From: a virus
Taxonomy: Duplodnaviria > Caudoviricetes
Direction: 5' to 3' (one strand)
DNA: 64,000 bases
IMG/VR virus record: IMGVR_UViG_3300020036_001974
Location: 1 to 64,000 of that record
A program made the translations under genes and the position numbers. Below are positions 54,305 through 64,000 of the stretch, one piece after another; the stretch's first letter is position 1, and each line of letters starts with the position of its first letter. A model generated the notes under the pieces. That model was not told the origin of the DNA. It was given only the letters and a program-made list of their open reading frames with translations, and made no database searches.

Positions 54305-57152
54305 CGAATATGACCCGGTATTAGAAGATAAAGTAAAATACTATCTTACACTAACACCGGATCTTCCTAAAAATGATAAAAGGATTATTAGGGCTAAAGC
54401 CCCTGAAGGAGCTACGCCTTATGAGTTAGAAATCTGGCAGCGTGAAGAGGTTCGTAGAATAAGAGAAGGCCATTTTGGGATGTCTCCTAAGATGTACTTC
54501 TTTTATAACTATGTTAAGATGTGGGATATTGAATCCGGGTTAATTCGCCCTGAGTACCGGGTCTGCCAACAAGCATGGTTCTCATTAATCGAGGAATGTC
54601 AGGCTTCGAGAGAATGGGGTGTTATTTGCGTAAAGCGTAGACGGGTAGGAGCTTCTTGGTTAGAAGCATCTGATGTAATGCATGATTGTATTATAAACCC
54701 CATGTTCAAAGTAGGTATGACTTCTAAAACAGAAGCCGATGCTATTGAATTATTTAAGAAGGTTAAATTCGTATACGACAATCTCCCGGATTGGTTACGA
54801 CCTACATCTTCTGCCGGTAACACAAGATCCTCTATTGATTTTTCATACTTTATAAAAGATTCTACAGGCTCGAGACGCAGATTAGGACTTCAGTCTGAAA
54901 TCATTGTAAAAGCCCCAACAGACACATCTTGGGAAGGTTTTGCATTACGTAAATTAGTCATTGATGAGTGTTTTGGTCGAGGTACTTTGGTTAGAATGTT
55001 CAACGGCAATATTAAACCCATTGAAGATATAAAAATAGGAGATAAGGTAATTGGTTTAAAAGGAAAACCAAGAACAGTAGAGTGTACAACATCTGGTATT
55101 TCTGATTTATATAGAATAACCCCAAACAAAGGAGAACCGTTTGTTTGTAATGGTGCTCATTTATTGACAGTAACATTCAACGGAACCTCTAAAGTATTAA
55201 ATATTAAAACAAGTGAGTTCTTTAAATTAAAAAAGAAAAGAATAAGAGGTTACCAGTTAATGAGATCTGGTTGGGAATATAAAAGAAAACCCCTCTCAAT
55301 AGACCCTTATTGGTTAGGATGTTGGCTTGGAGACGGATCATCTAGTTCACCTTCTATTTGTGCAGCAGACCCGGAACTTAAAGAATATTTAGAAAAAGAA
55401 GCACCGTCTGTTCTGAATTGTAAAGTAACTCCTAATAAAAGAGCAGATGGTATTGTTACATATTATTATGGTAATAACTACAGCAGAGATCATGGAGGTA
55501 TTAGAAATAGATTAAAGCGTATAAAAGTATATAATAACAAACATATTCCTCTTAGATATTTAAAATCTAATAGATTAGATAGACTTAGACTATTGGCAGG
55601 AATAATTGATACAGATGGTCATAAGGCTAAAAATAAAGAACAATATGAAGTAACATTTAAAATAAAAAGACTATCAGAGGAATTAAAAGAATTATGTATT
55701 AGTCTTGGATTCTATGCATCTTTAAATAAAAAGATAGCAACAATGAAACGAGAAGATGGTAGTATTTATAAATGTGAGGTATACAGGGTTCATATATACG
55801 GTAGTAATTTATCAGATATACCGTGTAAAGTAAAAAGAAAACAATCAAATGGATCTCCTAAAGTAAAAGGAAGAAAGACTCCTGAAAAGACAGGTTTTAA
55901 AATTGAAAAAATAGAGGATGGTGAATATTTCGGGATTAGATTAAAAGAAGATCCTTATTTTCTATTGCACGATGGTACGATTGTACATAATTGTGGTAAA
56001 ATATCCAATTTAAAGTCAATGTTCTCAATGGCCAACGAAGTAATGAGGGTTGGGCACCGGAGATCAGGTATTCCTTTGTTATTCGGAACCGCAGGTGAGG
56101 TTTCTAAAGAAGGAAAGGACCTCAAGGAAATGTGGTATAATGCTGAGATTTATAAATTGAAGCAATTCTTTTATGGAGGCTGGAATGGAATCATAGTAGA
56201 CCAGTTTGGTAATGACCTTAAAGAAGAAGCAATACGCTGGATTGTATACGAACGTAAGCGCAGGGAGGGATTATCTCAAAAAGAATACAACGACTTTCTA
56301 CAACAGTATCCATTAACGGTACAAGAGGCGTTTACATCTAATGAAAACCAAGGATTAGGTAATCAGGTTAAAATTAGCAAACAACTTCAATCTCTGTACG
56401 AAAACCCTGTTAAAGAAAAGAAGGGTTACTTTAAATTAGATAAAGATGAAAACGTAGTTTTCCATCCAGACAACAGAGGAGCTTGTATAATTTATGAAGA
56501 TCCTGACCCTTCTTTAAAGAATACCTACTGTGCAAGCGCAGATCCAACTGATCACGAGGTAACAGACACAAGTGGATTATCATCTCTGTCAATGTTTATT
56601 ATGAAGAAGTCAAATGGCATACAACCGCCTAAGATTGTATTTCAGTATACAGACAGACCTAACATTCCCCGTGACTTCTATGAACAAGCACTAATGGCAT
56701 TGTTATACTATAATAAGTGTAAGATTTTAATAGAGAGGAATAAATCAGGTATGATTACCTATTTCGATGAAAGAGGATATAAGTATCTACTCCAAACCAC
56801 CCCACAAGGAATGACAAGGTTAATAGGAGGTAATACTTTTAACATAGGATATTATAGAACGAAGGCAAGTAAACAATACGGAGAAGAGCTTGTGTGCGAA
56901 TATATAGAGGATTACTGTGAGTATATACCGTGTAAGGAATTACTGAAAGAGTTGCAAAGCTATGGTGTTATAAATACAGATAGGGTAGACGCCCTTCAAG
57001 CAGGTTTAATGTTTTTAAGGGAAGATAAAACCAAATCAATTGCCTCCTCACTGGTTAAAGAAAAAACCCCTAACTTTGGATTAAGTAGAATAGGTGGAAG
57101 ACTCGTTCGTAATAAGCACGATAGTAACGGACAAAAGATTTACCATATTTAG
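54267..57152 (+). CDS. terL: Large terminase with an intein
   Basis: KRRRVGAS Walker A region, VIDE|CGK Walker B, FGTAG coupling motif, ASADPTD nuclease, DRVDAL. Confidence 0.9.
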   Translation: MSAYQDPIIVPHNEYDPVLEDKVKYYLTLTPDLPKNDKRIIRAKAPEGATPYELEIWQREEVRRIREGHFGMSPKMYFFYNYVKMWDIESGLIRPEYRVCQQAWFSLIEECQASREWGVICVKRRRVGASWLEASDVMHDCIINPMFKVGMTSKTEADAIELFKKVKFVYDNLPDWLRPTSSAGNTRSSIDFSYFIKDSTGSRRRLGLQSEIIVKAPTDTSWEGFALRKLVIDECFGRGTLVRMFNGNIKPIEDIKIGDKVIGLKGKPRTVECTTSGISDLYRITPNKGEPFVCNGAHLLTVTFNGTSKVLNIKTSEFFKLKKKRIRGYQLMRSGWEYKRKPLSIDPYWLGCWLGDGSSSSPSICAADPELKEYLEKEAPSVLNCKVTPNKRADGIVTYYYGNNYSRDHGGIRNRLKRIKVYNNKHIPLRYLKSNRLDRLRLLAGIIDTDGHKAKNKEQYEVTFKIKRLSEELKELCISLGFYASLNKKIATMKREDGSIYKCEVYRVHIYGSNLSDIPCKVKRKQSNGSPKVKGRKTPEKTGFKIEKIEDGEYFGIRLKEDPYFLLHDGTIVHNCGKISNLKSMFSMANEVMRVGHRRSGIPLLFGTAGEVSKEGKDLKEMWYNAEIYKLKQFFYGGWNGIIVDQFGNDLKEEAIRWIVYERKRREGLSQKEYNDFLQQYPLTVQEAFTSNENQGLGNQVKISKQLQSLYENPVKEKKGYFKLDKDENVVFHPDNRGACIIYEDPDPSLKNTYCASADPTDHEVTDTSGLSSLSMFIMKKSNGIQPPKIVFQYTDRPNIPRDFYEQALMALLYYNKCKILIERNKSGMITYFDERGYKYLLQTTPQGMTRLIGGNTFNIGYYRTKASKQYGEELVCEYIEDYCEYIPCKELLKELQSYGVINTDRVDALQAGLMFLREDKTKSIASSLVKEKTPNFGLSRIGGRLVRNKHDSNGQKIYHI
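54969..55991 (+). mobile_element. Intein with LAGLIDADG homing endonuclease (341 aa), at the TerL Walker B
   Basis: Starts CFGRGT; ends IVHN before Cys; WLGCWLGDG and LLAGIIDTDG. Confidence 0.92.
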
Positions 57153-57156
57153 ATTC

Positions 57157-57172
57157 TGGCACGGTTTTTGCT
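57157..57172 (+). promoter_or_regulatory. Sigma54-type promoter upstream of the portal gene
   Basis: TGGCACG-GTTT-TTGCT. Confidence 0.7.
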
Positions 57173-57237
57173 GTAAGAGTAAACAGGCCAAATTTCCAAT
57201 AAAATCGCGATTTCATCATTCACTCGGTAAATAATAC

Positions 57238-59454
57238 ATGAGTCAATTCCCTTCTATCTATGTTTCTGAGAAGTCAAAGAACGAAGACTATCATAGAGAA
57301 TTTGTAACTGCTATTTGTAAGCGGTCTCTTAATTCTAATTACGCCCTGCAACAGTCCATTACAGATAGTTGCTATAACTTCTATAATGGAACCCAAGGTA
57401 GTGCCAGTTTTGAGTACCTCCAGAAAGCAGAAGACGGATCTTCCTTACCTGCTCAATGGATGACTTTGAACAAAATCCGTTCCAAAGTTAACCTTTTGAT
57501 AGGAGAGTTGATGGAGAAGGGGTACGACTTTAGGGTATCTGCAATCAATAAAGAGGCAAAATCCCGCAAACTTCAGGAAAAAGAGAAGATGAGAGTTGAT
57601 GTAAGACTCCAGCCAATCTTCCAAGAACTAGAGCAAACCACCTCAATGCCCTCTCCAATGGGCCAAAATCTACCAGAAACCGAGGAAGAGGTAGACGAGT
57701 TCTTTGACAAGAACTACAAAGAAATATCCGAAATAGTTCTTTATTATGCAATTAAATATATCGACAAGAAAACGATGTGGAATTCTGAGAGAACTTCCCT
57801 CTTCAGAGATATTCTTATTGCCGGTAAAGCATTTGCCAAGACTGAAATAGTAAACGGAATCCCGAGAGTACGTAGGATTGATCCACGATACGTGGTCTAC
57901 GATACTTACGCAGAAAATGACTACTTGACCGATTCAACCTACTTTGGTGAAGTTAGATATATGAATGCAGCCGATGCTGCTGTTAAGTATAACGTATCTG
58001 TTGAGGATCTTAAGAAATCAGCCCAAAGTTATCAGGATTACATAAAATACATGCAGAAGTCATCTCAGGAGAGAATGTCTCAATTGGACATTAATTTCCC
58101 GAGCTTAGGTGGTAGTAATCTAAACTGGTTTGAGCAGACTCCTTCTGGTCTCAGAGTTCTTGTAATGGACGCTTATTGGGTAGATTACAAGGTTATAAAG
58201 AACAAGGTTTCCGAGGATAACTACGGAAATGAACATATTAAAGAAATATCAGACTCAGCCCGGGATAAAGAAAATGTTATCTCTAAAATGGTTAAAGTCT
58301 GGAGAAAGGCCACTTTGATAGGTGGAGACACTATTACCGATTGGGGTCTGGTTAAAAACCAACCAAGAGATGTAGACAACCTTTCTGAAACATACCCTCC
58401 TTTCTGTGCCCTAATCCCACACTTTGTAAATGGCCGCTCTGTAAGCATTGTAGAGCAGCTACAGTCGCTTCAAAACATGAAGGACATTATCACCTACAAC
58501 ATAAGCCTCTCTATGGCCAGAGCAGGTGCAAAGGGCTTTGTATACGATGTATCTCAGTGCCCTGATACTTGGGAGCCTGAAGATGTAATTCGTTATCTTA
58601 AAACCGTAGGTATTGCGTTTATAGATTCCCGGGCTGGTGGTGTACCGGCACAGTTTAATCAATTCCAACAGATTGACCTTTCCTTATCTGATTCAGTTCG
58701 TCAGTATCTTGAACTAACAAGATGGGTAGATATGGAGATGGATCAGATTTCAGGCATTAGTGAAGCCCGTCAGGGTATCATGCAAGGAGCCAGTCAGTTA
58801 GCAAGTGTAACCCAGTCAGCCCTAATACAGTCCTCCTTAACAACAGCCTCTTACTTTAAAATGTTTGAGCAGTTCTCTACAAACATTTGGAACCAAATTG
58901 CTAAGTTAACTAAGATAGCTTGGGCTGGTAAAGAGAGATTTGCTCCTATTATAGGGGATGCCGGTGTTAATTTCTTAGAACAGGATATTGAACTTGATCT
59001 TAATGATTACGCAGTATTTGTAGAATCTACCCCTAAGCTGCTTGACGATCTGAATTCATTCCAACAAATGATCATGGCTGGTCTTCAGTCTGGAGACTTG
59101 AGATTTGGAGATGCTATGAAGCTATTGATGGAAAAAGATGTAGTTTCTGGTATTCTTAAATACGAGAAATTAACAGCTAAGAGAGAGAAAGAGCAAGCGG
59201 CTCAGGAGCAGCAGATGATGATGCAGCAGGAACAGATGAAGATGCAGGCTCAACAGCAAATGGCCCAATTCAATGCTCAGACTTCTCAGACAGCAAATGA
59301 AAAAGCACTTCAGGTTCAGCAACTTAAAAACCAAGGAGCACTTCAACAGAAGGCACTTGACTCCAGAACTAAACTAAGAAGTGAACAGATAAAAGGCGTA
59401 ACTCAGTTAGCCACAACTAAGGAACAATCTAAAAACAAGAAACCAAATGAGTAA
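57238..59454 (+). CDS. Portal protein (P22/crAss-like)
   Basis: Follows terL; 738 aa; NKIRSKVNLLIGE, RDILIAG, RRIDPR, D.ISGISEARQG, Gln-rich coiled tail. Confidence 0.88.
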   Translation: MSQFPSIYVSEKSKNEDYHREFVTAICKRSLNSNYALQQSITDSCYNFYNGTQGSASFEYLQKAEDGSSLPAQWMTLNKIRSKVNLLIGELMEKGYDFRVSAINKEAKSRKLQEKEKMRVDVRLQPIFQELEQTTSMPSPMGQNLPETEEEVDEFFDKNYKEISEIVLYYAIKYIDKKTMWNSERTSLFRDILIAGKAFAKTEIVNGIPRVRRIDPRYVVYDTYAENDYLTDSTYFGEVRYMNAADAAVKYNVSVEDLKKSAQSYQDYIKYMQKSSQERMSQLDINFPSLGGSNLNWFEQTPSGLRVLVMDAYWVDYKVIKNKVSEDNYGNEHIKEISDSARDKENVISKMVKVWRKATLIGGDTITDWGLVKNQPRDVDNLSETYPPFCALIPHFVNGRSVSIVEQLQSLQNMKDIITYNISLSMARAGAKGFVYDVSQCPDTWEPEDVIRYLKTVGIAFIDSRAGGVPAQFNQFQQIDLSLSDSVRQYLELTRWVDMEMDQISGISEARQGIMQGASQLASVTQSALIQSSLTTASYFKMFEQFSTNIWNQIAKLTKIAWAGKERFAPIIGDAGVNFLEQDIELDLNDYAVFVESTPKLLDDLNSFQQMIMAGLQSGDLRFGDAMKLLMEKDVVSGILKYEKLTAKREKEQAAQEQQMMMQQEQMKMQAQQQMAQFNAQTSQTANEKALQVQQLKNQGALQQKALDSRTKLRSEQIKGVTQLATTKEQSKNKKPNE

Positions 59455-59806
59455 ATTTTCACCACTCAAAACAGCAGCAACTAACTATAGAGTGTTGTCT
59501 TTAAATACAACTAATTCGGCTGTTATTAAAACAAGCCCTGCTTTGGTACAAGGTATAATGATTCACAATACAGGAACAATTGCTTTTGTAAAACTATATA
59601 ACAAAGCAACCGCTCCGACTGTAGGAACAGATGCACCAATAATGACTATTCCAGTAGCAGCAACAACAGGGTCGGTTGTTATTAGTTTTCCAGCAGGTGT
59701 AGTATTTGGTATCGGACTTGGTATAGGTATTACAGGAGCCATTGGTGATAGCGATACAACTGCTGTAGCAGCTAATCAGGTAACAGTAAATCTTCAGTAT
59801 AACTAA
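59447..59806 (+). CDS. Small virion protein
   Basis: Beta-rich; context. Confidence 0.5.
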   Translation: MSKFSPLKTAATNYRVLSLNTTNSAVIKTSPALVQGIMIHNTGTIAFVKLYNKATAPTVGTDAPIMTIPVAATTGSVVISFPAGVVFGIGLGIGITGAIGDSDTTAVAANQVTVNLQYN

Positions 59807-60327
59807 TGGTAACATTTACCAAGACAGGTAATTCGGTTGAAATGGATTTAGGGACAGATGTCCACTATCTTCCCACGTCAATGGTAGTATCTGCCAAGGT
59901 ATCTTCTAATAAAATATTTCTAGCAGACTCACCATCACCAACAACAACGTTTATTGCATTTCTACCTACAGATATAAATGGTAGACCTAGTGATGATATA
60001 CTTGCTGTTGCAGAATGGCTTAGAGATACTTACTTTACAGGTCTTTCAGTGTCAGGTGGCGGAGGTGGTGGTGACGCAACGGCTGCTAATCAGGTAACCG
60101 AAATTGCACTACTTGGAGCAATTGAAACAGACATTGAATTACTTAGTGATAAAACACCAAGTGATTTAGTTACAGAAGTACACGATTATAAGCAAATAGA
60201 ATATACAATTGACGGTGACATTGATTATGTAGCGTATAAAACAGGTGGTAGCGGTGGAACAGAGGTTGCTAGAATAACACTGGCTTATGACGTAGATGGT
60301 AATATAACAGGTATAACTAAAACATAA
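59806..60327 (+). CDS. Putative structural protein
   Basis: Gly linker; C-terminal 'RITLAYDVDGNITGI'. Confidence 0.45.
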   Translation: MVTFTKTGNSVEMDLGTDVHYLPTSMVVSAKVSSNKIFLADSPSPTTTFIAFLPTDINGRPSDDILAVAEWLRDTYFTGLSVSGGGGGGDATAANQVTEIALLGAIETDIELLSDKTPSDLVTEVHDYKQIEYTIDGDIDYVAYKTGGSGGTEVARITLAYDVDGNITGITKT

Positions 60328-60560
60328 TGAAGATCTTCGGAATTGATTTTTCATCTGATAAGGATAAAGTTTACGAATGTATTGAGTGTAGTGGAATGCC
60401 TAGTTTGGTTGGTATGAAAACTTACGGTAAACCTGCACTTGGTAAAGATTCTATATTCATAGGAGACAAACAATATAGAACAATATCACCTTCTAAAATA
60501 GACGAAGATATAGTGTATACAAAACACCACCTGAGAATAAAACTAAATAGAATTAAATAA
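60327..60560 (+). CDS. Hypothetical protein
   Basis: ORF track. Confidence 0.5.
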   Translation: MKIFGIDFSSDKDKVYECIECSGMPSLVGMKTYGKPALGKDSIFIGDKQYRTISPSKIDEDIVYTKHHLRIKLNRIK

Positions 60561-60563
60561 ATT

Positions 60564-61004
60564 ATGAGCAAGGGTAATACTTTTGAAAATGACCTTTTAC
60601 AGTTGATATTCAACAACGTTGATATTGCTGATATTGGGGACGCTGGTGGATTACAAAATAGCGCAACAGCAGGTAGTCTTTATATAGCACTACACACCGG
60701 TGATCCCGGTGAAGCAGGTACTGCTACTACAAGTGAAGCAGCCTATGGCTCCTATGCAAGGGTAGCTGTAGCCAGAACAGTAGGTGGATGGACAGTTGCA
60801 ACTAACACTGCAACAAATGCAGCGTTAATCCAGTTCCCGGAATGTAGTTCTGGTTCTGAAACAATAACTCACGTATCTATTACTACCGCTTCAAGCGGAG
60901 CAACTAAGATACTATATAGCGGAGCTTTAACTGCTTCAAGAGCTATTAGTTCTGGTATTCAACCACAGTTCGCTGCAAGTGCATTAACAGTAACAGAAGA
61001 TTAA
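60564..61004 (+). CDS. Phage structural (tail-fibre-base-like) protein
   Basis: LYIALHTGDPGEAG...EAAY.SYARVAV pattern. Confidence 0.6.
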   Translation: MSKGNTFENDLLQLIFNNVDIADIGDAGGLQNSATAGSLYIALHTGDPGEAGTATTSEAAYGSYARVAVARTVGGWTVATNTATNAALIQFPECSSGSETITHVSITTASSGATKILYSGALTASRAISSGIQPQFAASALTVTED

Positions 61005-61005
61005 T

Positions 61006-61194
61006 ATGTATAAGTGTAGTAAATGTGGTTTAGGGGTTATTGTTCATGATGGTAAAGGTGGTATTCTACCACAACCTATAAGAGCTTGTAAATGCAATGC
61101 TCCTATAAATGTAGATATGAATTCTAATGTACAAGGTGGTAGTACTGTTGGTGTAGGAACACCACTAAGACAACCTAAAGTAACACTCGGATAA
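61006..61194 (+). CDS. Small Cys-containing protein
   Basis: CSKC...C.C. Confidence 0.5.
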   Translation: MYKCSKCGLGVIVHDGKGGILPQPIRACKCNAPINVDMNSNVQGGSTVGVGTPLRQPKVTLG

Positions 61195-62054
61195 TGGCTT
61201 TCAAAACCATAGGTGAAGTTGTTAATGCTGAATTAGATGGGAAAGTAAGAAATTACATTTGGCGTAAAACCCCATCCCAAACTACAACAGCAGGTATATG
61301 GTTCGACTTGTCAATGAGTCCCGGGATGCCTGTTCCTAAATATTGGTTTGATGCTGCTCCATTAACAGCAAAAGCGATAACACAAAGCGGAGACGGTGGT
61401 TTTTATCATGGTCCAAATGTAACAGGGGAGAAGTATTTAAGAAGTATAACAACACAAGCAAGTGCAGCGACAGCATTACCCATGAACGCTATACTTTGTG
61501 ATTACTTACTATACTACCCAACAACAGACGATGGTACAACCGATGAACAGTTGATGGATAATACCGTTACGCTACCTCGATATACAGATGGTAAAGGTGT
61601 ACAAATATTAGCAGTAACTGTAGGACCAAGAACAGGAGGACAGAAATTTACAATTAGTTATACAAACTCAGAAGGAGTTTCAGGAAGAACAACAACAGCG
61701 GTTACTCAAAACACTTCAACAGCACTTGGTAGTATAACTGGTAGTAATAGAGATACAATTAACGCCACTAACCCATTTATAGGATTACAAGCAGGTGACA
61801 GTGGGGTAAGAAGTATTGAAAGCATAACAATGTTAGGTGCCGATGTTGGGTTAATGAGTTTGATATTAGTAAAACCACTTGTTCAAACATGTTTCAGGGA
61901 AATAACAGTTCCTTATGAAAAGGACTTTTTAGTACCAACAAGTGATTTGATAAGGATATATGATAATGCTTTTCTTAACTTTATTTGCTTACCCGGTGGA
62001 ACACTGGCCGCAACTGTTTTAAGAGGCGACCTTAAGGTGATTTGGACAGAATAA
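61194..62054 (+). CDS. Virion structural protein (paralogue A)
   Basis: Shares LPRYT.G.GV, YTNS, LQAGD.G and IYD.A with the next gene. Confidence 0.6.
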   Translation: MAFKTIGEVVNAELDGKVRNYIWRKTPSQTTTAGIWFDLSMSPGMPVPKYWFDAAPLTAKAITQSGDGGFYHGPNVTGEKYLRSITTQASAATALPMNAILCDYLLYYPTTDDGTTDEQLMDNTVTLPRYTDGKGVQILAVTVGPRTGGQKFTISYTNSEGVSGRTTTAVTQNTSTALGSITGSNRDTINATNPFIGLQAGDSGVRSIESITMLGADVGLMSLILVKPLVQTCFREITVPYEKDFLVPTSDLIRIYDNAFLNFICLPGGTLAATVLRGDLKVIWTE

Positions 62055-62069
62055 TTAATAAAAAATAAT

Positions 62070-63245
62070 ATGGCTGGTTTCTCAAGCAATGATCAAATAA
62101 TTCAAGCATTAAGTAACGGGCAAACATGGAACGCTCCATTTGGAAAAAACATGCAACCAACAACGGTGTGTGTAGCGAACGAATGGCACATGCTTGCCAG
62201 AGGTGCAGGTAATCCGGGTTCAGATGCTCTATTTGACACAGGTGCTAACTTAACATTTATTCCTGTAGAAGATGATACCGCATCTGCCGGAACTCTTCAA
62301 CATGGAGGAGATGTGCAGCCTACATACTATAAATATCTATTATCAGGACATGCTGTAACAGCAGCAGCAACTATGGCACCCGGAACACTTGCTGTATTAG
62401 ACGTTATAGGTTATTATAGAGTAACAACTGTAACCACAGCAACCGCTCAGGCAACAACTAATACAATATCAACACGTACTGCAACATTTACAGCAGATGC
62501 AGGTACAGACATTTGCACACATACTTCTACAACTTCTATTCCTAGTAATATATTAACCGGAACAAGAGTAAGATGTACTACTACAACAACTCTTCCTGCC
62601 GGATTAGCAACAGCAACGGATTACTACTTTATCAAAGTAAGCGATACAACTTATAAACTTGCTACTTCTTATGCTAATGCTATAGCAGGAACAGCTATTA
62701 ACATTACAGACGCTGGTACAGGTACACATACTCTTAACTGGTTGTTACCACGTTACACAAATGGAGCAGGTGTAAACGCTGTTATTTTTAATCCATCGGC
62801 TACTCCATTAGGAGCAGCTACTCCTAACATGAGTTTAGGTTATACTAACTCAGCACAAACTACTACAAGAGCAACTCCTACAGTTCTACCTATTGGTAAA
62901 ACAGCCTGTCCGAACTCACAGATTATATACACAGGAGCAACTGGTACTGGTAAATACAATTATATGATGCCATTGCAAGCAGGGGATGCGGGTATAGCTG
63001 AAATAAATACTATACAAAACTCTATAAGTTATGTATCAGGAACTTACACTGTGGCATTAGTAAAAGAACTTGCAAGATTTCCATTATCGACATTGGGTTT
63101 AGCAAGTGAACGTAATTTCTTGTTTGAATACCCCTCAATGCCGAGAATTTACGATGGAGCGGCTTTATACTTTGCTTGGGGCAGTGGAGCAGCAACTCCT
63201 GTATCAAGTGCTGTTTCAGGGCAACTCAATTTTATATGGTCATAA
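62070..63245 (+). CDS. Virion structural protein (paralogue B)
   Basis: Same motifs, with an inserted 'TTTTLPAGL..ATDYY' domain. Confidence 0.6.
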   Translation: MAGFSSNDQIIQALSNGQTWNAPFGKNMQPTTVCVANEWHMLARGAGNPGSDALFDTGANLTFIPVEDDTASAGTLQHGGDVQPTYYKYLLSGHAVTAAATMAPGTLAVLDVIGYYRVTTVTTATAQATTNTISTRTATFTADAGTDICTHTSTTSIPSNILTGTRVRCTTTTTLPAGLATATDYYFIKVSDTTYKLATSYANAIAGTAINITDAGTGTHTLNWLLPRYTNGAGVNAVIFNPSATPLGAATPNMSLGYTNSAQTTTRATPTVLPIGKTACPNSQIIYTGATGTGKYNYMMPLQAGDAGIAEINTIQNSISYVSGTYTVALVKELARFPLSTLGLASERNFLFEYPSMPRIYDGAALYFAWGSGAATPVSSAVSGQLNFIWS

Positions 63246-63289
63246 TATATAGTAAAACAAAAGGGTTGTCTTTTCAATATATCTGATAA

Positions 63290-64000
63290 ATGCTTATAGC
63301 CAACTACTCTTATATTAATCAAATTTGTGGACACAATCACTCAGGTGTCACAAATCCTATATGGATAATCTCTCCACATAGAATGAGGGGGTATTATGGT
63401 AAATCTCAGTATGAGGATATACAGGAACAAATAAAAAGGGACAGCTTTCCAACAGGAACTAATATCCACTACTCATTGATAATGGGAGACAAAGGTGGAC
63501 TTTTAAGCGCAACAACAACTTTAAATGGAGGTAGTGGATTAACTCTTGGTTCCTTAGCTTTGGGTAAAGACTTATCTACAACGATCTCAGGAACAGGCGA
63601 ATTAGCAGATTCAAGTCTTTCACTGATAACAAGTATGGCGGCTGCTATAACAGCATTAGGTGTTATATCTGGAGCTTCACTTGTTGGATCGGTTTCATTA
63701 GCATGTTCTATTACATCATCCGGGGACATCTCTGGATCCTTAGGTCTTATTTCAAGTATGGTTAGTGCTCTTATTGGTAGTGGAGATATAACCAGTAACC
63801 TGAGAGGTACCTCAAGTCTCGAAGCTGATATATTTGTTAATCAATCTGAAGCCACTACACAAGAACTAGCAGCAGCAGTATGGAATGCTCTAACTTCTGA
63901 TTTTAACGCATCAGGAACGATGGGAGAGGCTATGGCAGCCGCAGGTAGTGCAGGAGACCCTTGGATTACCAACTTACCCGGGGCATATGGCTCAGGAAGT
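63290..64000 (+). CDS. Structural protein, 3' truncated (not in track)
   Basis: ATG at 63290, open to the window end; Gly/Ser/Ala repeats; AVWNAL...GTMG...AGDPW. Confidence 0.65.
   Translation, partial: MLIANYSYINQICGHNHSGVTNPIWIISPHRMRGYYGKSQYEDIQEQIKRDSFPTGTNIHYSLIMGDKGGLLSATTTLNGGSGLTLGSLALGKDLSTTISGTGELADSSLSLITSMAAAITALGVISGASLVGSVSLACSITSSGDISGSLGLISSMVSALIGSGDITSNLRGTSSLEADIFVNQSEATTQELAAAVWNALTSDFNASGTMGEAMAAAGSAGDPWITNLPGAYGSGS

Noticed and set aside
1-64000. Genome-wide TGA or TAG recoding
   Set aside because: Long genes are open in the standard code and TGA/TAG act as coupled stops throughout; the RF gene is the only clear in-frame case
1-64000. CRISPR array or rRNA
   Set aside because: No regularly spaced repeats or rRNA-like sequence was seen

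Overview
The window is most of the genome of a tailed dsDNA phage, probably a podovirus with a crAss-like/P22-like portal, ring, muzzle and cargo-protein module. The host is probably Bacteroidota (inferred from A/T-rich leaders without Shine-Dalgarno sites and Flavobacterium-type homologues). The + strand carries late genes: tail fibre and enzymes, ring and muzzle proteins, ejection proteins and a spanin-like gene (1-22401), then a sigma-like factor, intein-split TerL, portal and structural genes (52983-64000). The - strand carries replication and host-interaction genes: PolB, intein-split DnaB-like helicase, primase, SSB-like protein, nucleases, a MoxR AAA/VWA pair, an RF1-like release factor and 2 tRNAs. 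No major capsid gene was recognised; it probably lies outside the window. Main observation: about 40 small (43-104 aa) minus-strand ORFs with diverse N-terminal parts share one C-terminal motif, F-x-x-Y-[LI]-x-x-[LC] (consensus FNEYLKLL or FNEYLKLCK). They are wedged between the core genes and usually overlap the next start codon. Also notable: an RF1-like gene with an in-frame UGA, repeated sigma54-type promoters, and a peptidase gene apparently split by an attC-like cassette fragment. All assignments come from reading motifs by eye; no database searches were run.
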